IMG/VR virus record: IMGVR_UViG_3300031860_000069
Coordinates: 1 to 38,837 of that record
Source of the DNA: a virus
Taxonomy: Duplodnaviria > Caudoviricetes
Strand: one strand, 5' to 3'
DNA: 38,837 bases
The stretch's first letter is position 1; every line of letters begins with the position of its first letter. A program made the translations under genes and the position numbers. The notes beneath the pieces were generated by a model that was given only the letters and a program-made list of their open reading frames with translations, was not told the origin of the DNA and did no database searches. This document shows, piece after piece, positions 16,627 through 25,280 of the stretch.

Positions 16627-18141
16627 TTAGCCGTTGGCGATGTTGCTGATGACGCCCATCGCAAACGGGGCATAGACCGCGAGCACCTCTTCGGCATAGA
16701 CGCCGACCTGGCGCTGACGGGTCACGATCGGCCAATCGATCTGGTAGTAATCCTGACGTGTCTTGATCTCAGCCACGTTCGGCACTTCGTTCGACTGGTA
16801 TTGGATGGGCAGGTTCTCGGCCCAGCCGATGATCGTCCCCGGCGGTACGCGCGGGTGGATCTTGATCGGGATACGCAGCCCGCCATTGATCGCAAACGGG
16901 TTGTAGTAGAACTGCACAACACCGGATGCGGTGACCGTGTACTCGCCGGTGCTCCCATCAGCGGGAGAGTCGTAGCGCAGCAGCGGGGCGGAACTGGTCG
17001 ACAGCACCTTGGTGGTGATGTTCTTCAGCTCCTGGCTGTTGACGTAGAGCACGGTCGGGCTGAGCTCGAAATTGTCCCACATCTTCTGGAACATCGTGTC
17101 GATCTCGCTGACCGAGCCGCGGCCAGAGGCGGTCAACGTCGTGCCGGTCCCGGCGGTGCCGGTCGCCAGCATGTTGACATAGGCGTTGCTGCCGCTCTTC
17201 AGCGCGGTGGTCAGGAGCCCGTCATAGGCGTAGCTCGAGTTCGCCGAATTGTCGGCGGTGACCGCCGAGGCGGCTTGGTTGCCGGTCGCCAGCGGGACTG
17301 ACTGGACATAGCTGTTGATCGTGGTGATCGCCTGCAATGTCTCGGTGCCGGCGCTGTTGACCGCGGAGATGAACCAGGCGTAGGCAACCGCACCCTGGAC
17401 GGCGGTGGTCGTCATCGCCAGCGCGTTGGTGGAGATCGTCACCAACTGCCCAGCGCTCTCGAGCGAGATGTTGGACGAGCCGCCCGACAGGGTGTAGTTC
17501 TTGCCATCGGCGCCGGTCACAGACTTGCTGGTCGCCACACCGGCGGCGACTGAAGAGTTCTGATACCCTTCGAGGGTCAGCGCCACCACCTTGACGTAAT
17601 ACGTGCCAGTCGGCAGCGTGCTGCTGGCGTTGGTCTGCGCCGAGAGGGTCGGGGTTGCCGGGACGCCCAAGGTCATTGAGGCGTTGCCGGCGAGGATCGC
17701 CATCTCTTCCTTGAGCATCATCTTTTGCAGCAGACGGAAAGTCATCCGTGCCTGGATGTCTTCGAACTGGCGGCCAGCCGAAATCGCCTCAAAGGTCGCC
17801 GCGTCTTCTTCGCCGATCGTGACGTAAGTCGCGGACTTGTTCGAGGTGTTGTAGCTCATCTGGCCACTGCGCTGACCCTCTGGGACCCAGCCCATTGCGT
17901 CAAAGCCGGAGCCAATGATCGCGTTGACCTGCCGCCAGTTTGTTGCAGCACCCGTGCCGCCACCAACCCGCGGCATCGCATTGCGGATCGGTGTCACAAA
18001 CGGATAGAGGTTTTTGGCCGGTGCCTGCAGGTCATAAGCGAGCAGGCCCGTCGCCGTGGAAATCGACTTCGCCAGGTCGTCATTCGGCTGCGCAAGCGCA
18101 GACTTCATCAGATCCAGCGATTCTTGGGTGATCGGGTTCAT
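16627..18141 (-). CDS. Major capsid protein with Ser/Thr-rich beta-sandwich insertion
   Basis: 504 aa after the protease; YDLQAPAKNLYP; TRQDYYQIDWP; GVYAEEVLAVYAPFAMGVISNI; strong RBS and codon bias. Confidence 0.85.
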   Translation of the reverse strand: MNPITQESLDLMKSALAQPNDDLAKSISTATGLLAYDLQAPAKNLYPFVTPIRNAMPRVGGGTGAATNWRQVNAIIGSGFDAMGWVPEGQRSGQMSYNTSNKSATYVTIGEEDAATFEAISAGRQFEDIQARMTFRLLQKMMLKEEMAILAGNASMTLGVPATPTLSAQTNASSTLPTGTYYVKVVALTLEGYQNSSVAAGVATSKSVTGADGKNYTLSGGSSNISLESAGQLVTISTNALAMTTTAVQGAVAYAWFISAVNSAGTETLQAITTINSYVQSVPLATGNQAASAVTADNSANSSYAYDGLLTTALKSGSNAYVNMLATGTAGTGTTLTASGRGSVSEIDTMFQKMWDNFELSPTVLYVNSQELKNITTKVLSTSSAPLLRYDSPADGSTGEYTVTASGVVQFYYNPFAINGGLRIPIKIHPRVPPGTIIGWAENLPIQYQSNEVPNVAEIKTRQDYYQIDWPIVTRQRQVGVYAEEVLAVYAPFAMGVISNIANG

Positions 18142-18163
18142 CGTTTAAACTCCGATTGGGCAA

Positions 18164-18185
18164 TAAAAAACCCGCCAGCGGCGGG
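18164..18185 (-). terminator. Terminator-like hairpin between protease and capsid genes
   Basis: CCCGCC-GCT-GGCGGG-TTTTTTA on the minus strand. Confidence 0.65.
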
Positions 18186-18209
18186 CCATCGGGATTGCGG
18201 GTTAAAAAA

Positions 18210-20705
18210 TCAGCTTCGCGGAGCAACACGCATCGGGCCGGGCCCGTCCGTAAAGCCGTGCATGACCAGCGGCTTCCGATAGCTCCGCTTGATCAATGTC
18301 TTGGTCACCTCCTCGTCGGACATCTGCGCCAAGGCGTCGGTGACGTCGGTCGGCCCGTTCGAGCCGCCATTGTCCTGGCCCTTGGTGAGCCCGCTCCCGC
18401 CAGAAACGCGCTGAATGGCGCGCGGCGGCAGTGGGGTTTGCGCGATGTCCTCGACGCGGGCGCGCAGGTCCTGGTTTTGTTTGGCGAGGGCTGCCATGCC
18501 GGCGGCCATCTCTTGCACCGTCTTGGCGATTTCGGCCAAGGTCGGGTCTGCAGTCGGCGTCGCCGGTGCTTCAGTGGTCTTGGCGAGATCGCCTTCGGCG
18601 GTCGCGGCATCCTTGCCGGGCTCGCCAAGGTCAGTGCCCTCGCCGCCGGCAGTTGCTTGCGTGCCCTGGCTCTCGGCCTCGCCGGCGGGCTCGGGTGAGC
18701 CGCCCGGCTGCTCATTGGCCGCCTTGCAGGCCATCGCCATGCCGTCGCACTTGGTCAGGTGGAAATGTGCGGTGTCGACCGCGGCCATCGTGGCCCCGCT
18801 GTGGCGCGAGGGCTTGACGCCATCGGCCTTGCAAGTGGCCCCGTCTGAGAACGCGGCGAGCGCCTTATGGGCGATGTCGATCAGTGGCCGGTGGCCGGCA
18901 CCCGCCTTCTCGACTTCCGTGCCGGGAAGGGCGAGCAATGTCTCGAGGACCTCGAGCGCAGTGCTGGTCTTGCGAGCGTCGCCCGGATACTGGGGCATTG
19001 ACGGCACCGCACCGGTCGCGTTCGGCACGCTGGTGCTGGCGTTGCGGCCGGTGTCGGTGGTGCTGTTCTGGGTGGCTGAGCCGGCGCCCTGCTCGGGGTT
19101 GCCATCGGTCAGCATCTCGCGGCCGTCGGCGCCGAGATCGGTGGCGCCGGCGTCAAGCACCACCTTGTGGCAGTCGGCCAGGTGCATGCGATCACCCTTG
19201 GTGACCGATGCCATGTTCATGGCCTTGTGCACCGCCAATGCGGCGAGATCGAGTAAATGTTGGTCGCGGGCGCTGTGCCTAGCGCCCGCCTTCAGGAGAG
19301 TAGTCACTAGCTGCTCCGCTGTTTGTGGATCGGGAATGGATTTCAGTAATGCGTCGGCGATCGCCTCCAATGCCTTGCTGGCGAGGCCGACTGGCTCGTC
19401 GATTTCGGTGCCCTCGAGCACCTCGGCGGTCTCCTCAGCGACCAAGTCGCGGAGGAATTGACAGAGCTGCGCGCAGCAATCGCGCGCTTTGGCGGGGGCG
19501 CTCGAGGAGTCGCCCTCCATGGCCGCTTCGAACTCGAGGCTTTCCTCGATGCGGCGTAGCGCGGCGATCATCATTGCGATGTCGCCGATGTCCAACAGGG
19601 ACTTTGTTATATCGGCGCGCGAGGCCTTTTCACTGGCGCTCGGCGGCCCGTCACTATCGATGACGTCTTTCCAAGCCGCGACAATGCGCGACTTGATCGC
19701 GCTCAGATGCTCATTGGAATACTTGCCGGCGTTCTTGGGCTTGCTGATGTAATTCCACGCGGCGCGGATGTGGCGCTCGGTGTCGATCGGGTATCTCTTT
19801 TTGCCGTCGGACTGGTAGCCAGGGTCGGCATATTTGACATCGCCATAAGGTTCGCTGCCGTCGCCCGGCGCGTCGCCGCCTTTGGCAACGAACTGGCCAT
19901 CGACCAGCGCGCCCACCGCGTCCGACGGAATAGACGCCGTGAGCGTGGTTGTGCCCGTCTTGGCGACCGCCCCGCTGGTGGTTTCGATCGCCACCTCGCC
20001 GGCTTCGATCGATGCCAGTGCCGCGTCCATTGCCACTTGCAGCGCCGTGGCGCCCTCGGCGGCGTGCTTCTCGATCGCGGCCGCAGCCGCTGCGGGATCG
20101 ACGGGATCGCTCTTGGCGAGCGGCTCGTCGGTGGTCGCCGGCAACGCAGAGCGCTTGGCGATGCACTTGATCGCGTCGGCCTTGGCGCGGTGCTGGTGTG
20201 CGGCGTCGCCACATGCCCAAATCTGCACCGGCGCATGAGGTGCGGCAGAACCTGCCGCTTGGGGTTCTGCCATGGTCGCTTTCCAACAATCAAAAATCGC
20301 TTCGGGATTGGCCGGCCGGTCGACCAGTGAGATCTCGTTGAGGACGAGGCCAGTGATCATCTTGGGATTGCCCGCTTCGCGCTTGGTCACGCGACCGCCG
20401 ATGCTGAACCCCCTGTAGACCTGGTTCTTGACCTTGCTGACCGCGGTCGGGTCGACGATGTGCGCAACGATGCGCGTGATGTTGTCGTCGCCGACCTCGG
20501 CCTCGAGCGCGGTCCCAGCGGCCTGCAACTGGTGCATCTCGCGGACCGCGGGGAATTTCATGTAGTCGGGCAAAGCCTCGCGCATCGCTTCGGCTTTGAC
20601 GACTTCCCCCTGGTCGTCGGTCGACTCCGTGCTGGCGATGCCGTGCACGCGCACGGTCCCGTCAGCTTGCGCCTCGACCTTTTCGATGGCACCGTATAGA
20701 CGCAT
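18210..20705 (-). CDS. Prohead protease fused to DUF6582-like domain and scaffold
   Basis: VHGIASTE..DDQGE; REMH; YRGFSIGG; EISLVDRPANP; YGDVKYADPG...RYPIDTE.HIRAAWNY; C-terminal coiled coil. Confidence 0.85.
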   Translation of the reverse strand: MRLYGAIEKVEAQADGTVRVHGIASTESTDDQGEVVKAEAMREALPDYMKFPAVREMHQLQAAGTALEAEVGDDNITRIVAHIVDPTAVSKVKNQVYRGFSIGGRVTKREAGNPKMITGLVLNEISLVDRPANPEAIFDCWKATMAEPQAAGSAAPHAPVQIWACGDAAHQHRAKADAIKCIAKRSALPATTDEPLAKSDPVDPAAAAAAIEKHAAEGATALQVAMDAALASIEAGEVAIETTSGAVAKTGTTTLTASIPSDAVGALVDGQFVAKGGDAPGDGSEPYGDVKYADPGYQSDGKKRYPIDTERHIRAAWNYISKPKNAGKYSNEHLSAIKSRIVAAWKDVIDSDGPPSASEKASRADITKSLLDIGDIAMMIAALRRIEESLEFEAAMEGDSSSAPAKARDCCAQLCQFLRDLVAEETAEVLEGTEIDEPVGLASKALEAIADALLKSIPDPQTAEQLVTTLLKAGARHSARDQHLLDLAALAVHKAMNMASVTKGDRMHLADCHKVVLDAGATDLGADGREMLTDGNPEQGAGSATQNSTTDTGRNASTSVPNATGAVPSMPQYPGDARKTSTALEVLETLLALPGTEVEKAGAGHRPLIDIAHKALAAFSDGATCKADGVKPSRHSGATMAAVDTAHFHLTKCDGMAMACKAANEQPGGSPEPAGEAESQGTQATAGGEGTDLGEPGKDAATAEGDLAKTTEAPATPTADPTLAEIAKTVQEMAAGMAALAKQNQDLRARVEDIAQTPLPPRAIQRVSGGSGLTKGQDNGGSNGPTDVTDALAQMSDEEVTKTLIKRSYRKPLVMHGFTDGPGPMRVAPRS

Positions 20706-20736
20706 GGTAATGAACTCGTGCAAATGAGTTGAACAA

Positions 20737-21060
20737 ATGGACGAACAGACACTCGATGCGATTAAGGATCAGATCCTCGCGTCATTTCCGTTGGAGAGCC
20801 GGTGGTACGACTGCCGGAACGACACGGTCGGCACCGTGGTTCTGCACTTCAAACCGCGCGGGATTGTTCTGCGCGAGACCTGCGGCGACTTGGTGCGCTA
20901 CCGCTACGATCAGTTGCTCGCTGGTCGCCTCACCGAGCGAACCGCTAAACCGCACGAGGCCTTTGACGCCTATCGCGAGGGTTTGAAGCGCATCGACCAG
21001 CAATACACAGCGGCGCTGGCTGCTGCCGGCCTCAACCCCACGGTCTGGGACGATGCCTAA
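20737..21060 (+). CDS. Hypothetical protein
   Basis: 107-aa ORF, first of a coupled plus-strand run. Confidence 0.6.
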   Translation: MDEQTLDAIKDQILASFPLESRWYDCRNDTVGTVVLHFKPRGIVLRETCGDLVRYRYDQLLAGRLTERTAKPHEAFDAYREGLKRIDQQYTAALAAAGLNPTVWDDA

Positions 21061-21241
21061 AGCGATGAGTGCCGACGAGAGGCGGCCCACCCCGGAAGCG
21101 CTGAGCCGGGCCGAGCACGCCTACAACCTGTGGCTCGCTGGCACTGGCACACCCGAGGATTTTTTGCGACCGGCGCAGCGGATCGCGCTGATCTGTGAGA
21201 TCGCCGAGGCGCTCGATGACTTCAGACGAGCAAATGAGTGA
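21053..21241 (+). CDS. Hypothetical protein
   Basis: 62 aa, overlaps its neighbours. Confidence 0.55.
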   Translation: MPKAMSADERRPTPEALSRAEHAYNLWLAGTGTPEDFLRPAQRIALICEIAEALDDFRRANE

Positions 21242-21849
21242 TAAGAGGTTTCGAGTTCGCGAACTGCCGGAGCTCGGCTTTGACGAAATCAAAATCACCA
21301 CCGACGCCCGATGATGGACCGAAGAACCTGCTCGAAGAGTGGATGAACCCGCCGCCCTCGATATTCTGGCGGCTCGACGAGAACCACACGCCGGTCAGGT
21401 GCGAGACCTTTGAGGAATATTTCGCGTGGGGTCGGGAGTGCGGCGAGAGCGGTGCGGGCTTTCCGCCGCACATCGGCTACACGCACATCGGCAATGGTGA
21501 AGGCGTTCTGATCTCGACGGTCTTTCTGGTGTCGCCAGCTGGCGTTGGCATCATCGAAAATCCGCTGTTCTTCGAAACGATGGTGTTTGGCGGTCCGCTC
21601 GACCAGCTCCAGACGCGCTACCCGACCTGGGACGAGGCGGCCGCCGGTCACCAGCGGATATGCGAGGAGGTCCGCAAGCTCTTGGCGCTGTCGCCCGAGG
21701 AGTTGAAGGCGCAGATGGATCAGCGCGCCAAAGGCCGCTTTCGTTTTATTCGCGAGCAAGCGCTGGCCATTGGCCTGCCGGAACACATCGCCGATCAGCT
21801 TGGGCGCGTGGTTTCACTCAGCCGCTACCGCAAGCGGCGGAAGCGTTGA
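21238..21849 (+). CDS. Phage hypothetical protein
   Basis: ISTVFL...PLFFETMVFGG...RYPTWDEAAAGH; start uncertain. Confidence 0.65.
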   Translation: MIRGFEFANCRSSALTKSKSPPTPDDGPKNLLEEWMNPPPSIFWRLDENHTPVRCETFEEYFAWGRECGESGAGFPPHIGYTHIGNGEGVLISTVFLVSPAGVGIIENPLFFETMVFGGPLDQLQTRYPTWDEAAAGHQRICEEVRKLLALSPEELKAQMDQRAKGRFRFIREQALAIGLPEHIADQLGRVVSLSRYRKRRKR

Positions 21850-21850
21850 C

Positions 21851-22231
21851 GTGGTCGCGTATAGCTTCAAGCCCCGCTTTGCCGAGCCGATCCTAGCCGG
21901 CACCAAGGGCGGCACTATCCGCGCCGATCGCCGGCGCCATGCGCGGCCGGGCGAGGAGATGCAGCTCTATGTCGGCATGCGAACCAAGCAATGCCGATTG
22001 ATCACACGCACGACCTGCATCGCGATCGAGCCGATTGAGCTCGATTTCGAGTTTCACTTTATCCGGTGGCCACAGGCGCGGGTGATCGTTTCCACGACCG
22101 ATCTCGATGCCCTGGCGGTGTTCGACGGGTTCCAATCCTTCGAGGCGATGGAGGATTTTTGGTTGACGACGCACCACGCCCCGCAGTTCCAGGGCTGGCA
22201 CATCCGCTGGTTGCCCCGTGAAAATCTTTAA
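21851..22231 (+). CDS. ASCH/PUA-like domain protein
   Basis: AYSFKPRFAEPILAGTKGGTIR...PGEEMQLYVGMRTK...AVFDGF.SF. Confidence 0.72.
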   Translation: MVAYSFKPRFAEPILAGTKGGTIRADRRRHARPGEEMQLYVGMRTKQCRLITRTTCIAIEPIELDFEFHFIRWPQARVIVSTTDLDALAVFDGFQSFEAMEDFWLTTHHAPQFQGWHIRWLPRENL

Positions 22232-22439
22232 GATTGCCGTCGAAGTGCACGGCAAGCGGCGGATCTGGCGCGTGCACACGACCGATGCGGAAACGGCGCA
22301 AACGGTCGCTCAAGATTTCTTGCCGATGCTGGACCCGGCGGCAAAATTCGGCACGCCCGAGGAGGAGGTCGATGGATTATTCTCTCGACTGAAAGCCCTC
22401 TCAGGCCGCCTCCTCAATCGGCTGAGTCGCCGCCAGTAG
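22218..22439 (+). CDS. Small hypothetical protein (beta-beta-alpha motif)
   Basis: KIFKIAVEVHGKRRIWRVHTTDAETAQTVA. Confidence 0.5.
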   Translation: MKIFKIAVEVHGKRRIWRVHTTDAETAQTVAQDFLPMLDPAAKFGTPEEEVDGLFSRLKALSGRLLNRLSRRQ

Positions 22440-22739
22440 ATTTTTGGCCGCCTGGCGCTGCAGCTCCACCGCCATTTGCCATGCACCATCTTCAGTCGCC
22501 GGGTTTAGCACCTTGGCGGCGCCGTAGAGGTCGTTGATCTGCGGCCGGCAGTTGCGGATCTCGACCCGCACGACATGACTTTTGTCGACGCCGCTGCGTG
22601 CCGCATACTCGGGGTAACTCAAGCCCAATTTGCGCCGCTGCTCGCGCAGCAGTCGCGCGATCTCGCGATCGAACAGATGTGACAGCTGGGGACGCTGGCG
22701 GGCAGCCGCGGCGAGCAGCTTGAGCGGATCGGGCTTCAC
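22401..22739 (-). CDS. XRE-family HTH regulator
   Basis: LREQRRKLGLSYPEYAARSGVDKSHVVRVE...PQINDL. Confidence 0.75.
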   Translation of the reverse strand: MKPDPLKLLAAAARQRPQLSHLFDREIARLLREQRRKLGLSYPEYAARSGVDKSHVVRVEIRNCRPQINDLYGAAKVLNPATEDGAWQMAVELQRQAAKNLLAATQPIEEAA

Positions 22740-23092
22740 TAAGCTGCGGTCCCTGTGATGTCGACCCAGCCGGTCGAGCTGCGCTGGTTGCCGACGAAGT
22801 AGACTTCCTTTGCAAGTGTCGAGTCGTGAAACGGCAAAGCCAGTCGGGGAAATGGTGCGAGGTTGTTGATTGCCCCGGTCAGCGCCGTCGCCGGCTGCGT
22901 CGCCGGCCGATCGGTTGTCGCACCGCTCGCCCCGACGAGACGAACCTCGGCATTAACGCCTTGCAGAGACTGTGCATCGGCCGGTGTGACGCCGGTGATG
23001 ATGCCGGCGGCATTGGGGGTGTAGCTGACACCCGCGGCACTAACCGCATTGGCGCTCGCCGGGATCACCAGGAACACATAAGTAAGAGCCAT
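22739..23092 (-). CDS. Putative virion structural/decoration protein
   Basis: Ala/Thr/Gly-rich; GVSYTPNAAGIITGV; GATTDRP...FHDSTL...WVDITG C-terminal motif typical of phage fibres. Confidence 0.65.
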   Translation of the reverse strand: MALTYVFLVIPASANAVSAAGVSYTPNAAGIITGVTPADAQSLQGVNAEVRLVGASGATTDRPATQPATALTGAINNLAPFPRLALPFHDSTLAKEVYFVGNQRSSTGWVDITGTAA

Positions 23093-23094
23093 GA

Positions 23095-24498
23095 CTAGGA
23101 AACCTCCGTCAGTTCGGGAAAGCTGAAATCATCCAAGGCGCCATGCAGTTCGAGGTCGCGGACACGGTTGCACACGAGTTGGCGCAATTGCGCACAGGGC
23201 TCGGACCAGTCGCCTGGTGCCGCTTGACGCAATAGCCGCATGGTCGGATACCAAGGCGTTCGATCGGTATGAAAGCCCCAGCGCCAGCACGGCACGTAGG
23301 GCAACAGGCCGACGCAGGGGCGACCCAAGGCGCCGGCCAAATGCAATGGTGCGCTGTCGACCGAGACGATCAGATCGAGGGCTTGCATGTAGGCGGCGGT
23401 GTCGTGCCAATTGCGCAGTTGGCGTGACAGATCCCGGACGAGCACACCTGGGCCGGCTTCAAGCTCGCGCGCCGCAGCGCCGACTTGCAGGCTATAAAGT
23501 GCTGCGCCCGGGATTGCCGCCAGCTCGAGGAGCATGCCGAGCGGCACGATCCTGCGGGCCGAAACCTCGCCGAGCGGCCGCGGCGCCCAGACCAGCCCGA
23601 TCGTGAGTTTGGTCCCCGAAGGGGGTGTCGTGAACCAGGTCGGCGGCGAGTCGAAATAGCGCCGAAAACGCGTCGTTTCCGGCGGCAATTCGACACCGAG
23701 ATGGCGCACATAGGAGCAGATCGGCGAGTGGTAATCGGCCTCCGGCAGGTCGCCCTCGATGTCGAGGGTCCGCCAGCGACCGCGCGCGGCCGCCCGCATC
23801 AGTGACATCAGATCACTCGGTACAGCCAAGCTGATCCTGGCACCGCGCTCGACGAGATCGGGCAGAAACCGGGCGAGTTGAATATCGTCGCCGATACCCT
23901 GGTCGTGGTGCACCAGGATGTGCTTGCCGGCGAGGTCCTCGCCTTGCCATTCGGGGATCCCGAGCTCCCAGACCTGGGTGCGGCCGATCTCGGCAAAGCG
24001 GTGTTCGTAAAGCGCCAGGCCACGCTGGTAGTCGCCCGAGGCGAGCACCGGATAGGCCATCTGCGTGAGGGCCCGGGCATGCTGTACCTCAGAAGGTGCG
24101 GAGCAGACCGCCTCGATAAACCAGCGCTCGGACGCCGCCAGGTCGCCCAAGGCGTAGCAGGCAGCACCGAGGTTGAAGGCGATCTCGTGGTCGCCGGGCC
24201 GCGCGGCGATCGCCGCCTCGAGCCAGCCCCAGGCCTCGTCGTAGCGCTGCATCCGGTAAAGGACGCAGCCCAAGTTCTTCAGCGCGTCGGGGTGCCCGGG
24301 GTCGGCGTCGAGCGCCTTTCGAGCACACACCAGCGCTGCCTCGTGCTGCCCGCGATCGGACAGCAGCGAGGCCACCGAAAACCACGACTCGGGCTGCCCT
24401 GGAGCAGCCCGAAGCCCTTTGGTGTAGTAGGGTAACGCGCCGGCGAGATCACCGGCGACGTGGCGGCTATGAGCCGCCTTGAGCGCGGACGAGGTCAG
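23095..24498 (-). CDS. Second TPR-repeat glycosyltransferase (GT9-like)
   Basis: TPRs; WQGEDLAGKHILVHHDQGIGDDIQ; SVDSAPLHLAGALGRP; TPWYPTMRL; TPR-like reading frame extends 41 codons upstream of the GTG at 24375 to a CTG at 24498. Confidence 0.82.
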   Translation of the reverse strand: MTSSALKAAHSRHVAGDLAGALPYYTKGLRAAPGQPESWFSVASLLSDRGQHEAALVCARKALDADPGHPDALKNLGCVLYRMQRYDEAWGWLEAAIAARPGDHEIAFNLGAACYALGDLAASERWFIEAVCSAPSEVQHARALTQMAYPVLASGDYQRGLALYEHRFAEIGRTQVWELGIPEWQGEDLAGKHILVHHDQGIGDDIQLARFLPDLVERGARISLAVPSDLMSLMRAAARGRWRTLDIEGDLPEADYHSPICSYVRHLGVELPPETTRFRRYFDSPPTWFTTPPSGTKLTIGLVWAPRPLGEVSARRIVPLGMLLELAAIPGAALYSLQVGAAARELEAGPGVLVRDLSRQLRNWHDTAAYMQALDLIVSVDSAPLHLAGALGRPCVGLLPYVPCWRWGFHTDRTPWYPTMRLLRQAAPGDWSEPCAQLRQLVCNRVRDLELHGALDDFSFPELTEVS

Positions 24499-25187
24499 GG
24501 GGAGACCGTCGCGTACCCCACGGAAAACGTGTGCGTTCCGTTGGGTGCGGTATGCGGCGTCCAGATCCCGGCGGTGGTCAGCGTGCCGAGATTGGCCGAG
24601 GTGTCAGCGCTGTCGGTGATCTCCTTGAGGATCGTCACGTCGGCCGGAGCCACCGGAACGGGAACCGCGAGTGCCGCAGTCGTATCGATCTGGATCTTCG
24701 GGCTGGCGCCGCCGGCGGCTGCGGTGACCACGGCAGAGGCGACGGTCATTGCACCCTTGGTGAAGGGCACGGTCAGCAACGTCGAGGCCGCGGTGACGAG
24801 CGAGAGTGCGTCGACCTGGGCGGCGGTGCCGTCATTGGCGGCATAGGTGACGGTGCAGATGCCGGCGGTGATCGCACTGGTGCCGGGATCGACCCGCACC
24901 TGGCATTTGCGCATCACGTCGGGGTTGGCGGCGATGGTCAGCGAGGTGTTGGTCAGCGCCACCGATGCGACAATCGTACCGACAGCTCCGGCGGCTGGCG
25001 CAAATCCCGGTGTAAACTGGACGGTCTGGCGCCGCACCGGAATATAACCGGCCGACAGTGCAAAGCCCTGGTCGCGCGGATCGATCGTAAAGGTGCCGTC
25101 TGAATTGGCATTGACGGAGCCCGAGAACGGGCCCTGAAACGCACCGGCCGGGGTAACGCCGACGGCGCCGATCACATTAACAGTCAT
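24495..25187 (-). CDS. Putative capsid decoration/structural protein
   Basis: 230 aa, Ala/Thr/Val-rich, beta-like; GGAG RBS; located in the head module. Confidence 0.65.
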   Translation of the reverse strand: MTVNVIGAVGVTPAGAFQGPFSGSVNANSDGTFTIDPRDQGFALSAGYIPVRRQTVQFTPGFAPAAGAVGTIVASVALTNTSLTIAANPDVMRKCQVRVDPGTSAITAGICTVTYAANDGTAAQVDALSLVTAASTLLTVPFTKGAMTVASAVVTAAAGGASPKIQIDTTAALAVPVPVAPADVTILKEITDSADTSANLGTLTTAGIWTPHTAPNGTHTFSVGYATVSP

Positions 25188-25280
25188 GGGAACATCTACT
25201 CCATCGAGGGAAAAGACCCGCGCCGTCGCGGCGTTGGTCGGGGGGAACCTGGTGTTAAATTTAGGGGTTAAAAATCGCGG

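Noticed and set aside
25255-25271. CtrA box
   Set aside because: TTAA half-sites are 9 bp apart, not the required 7
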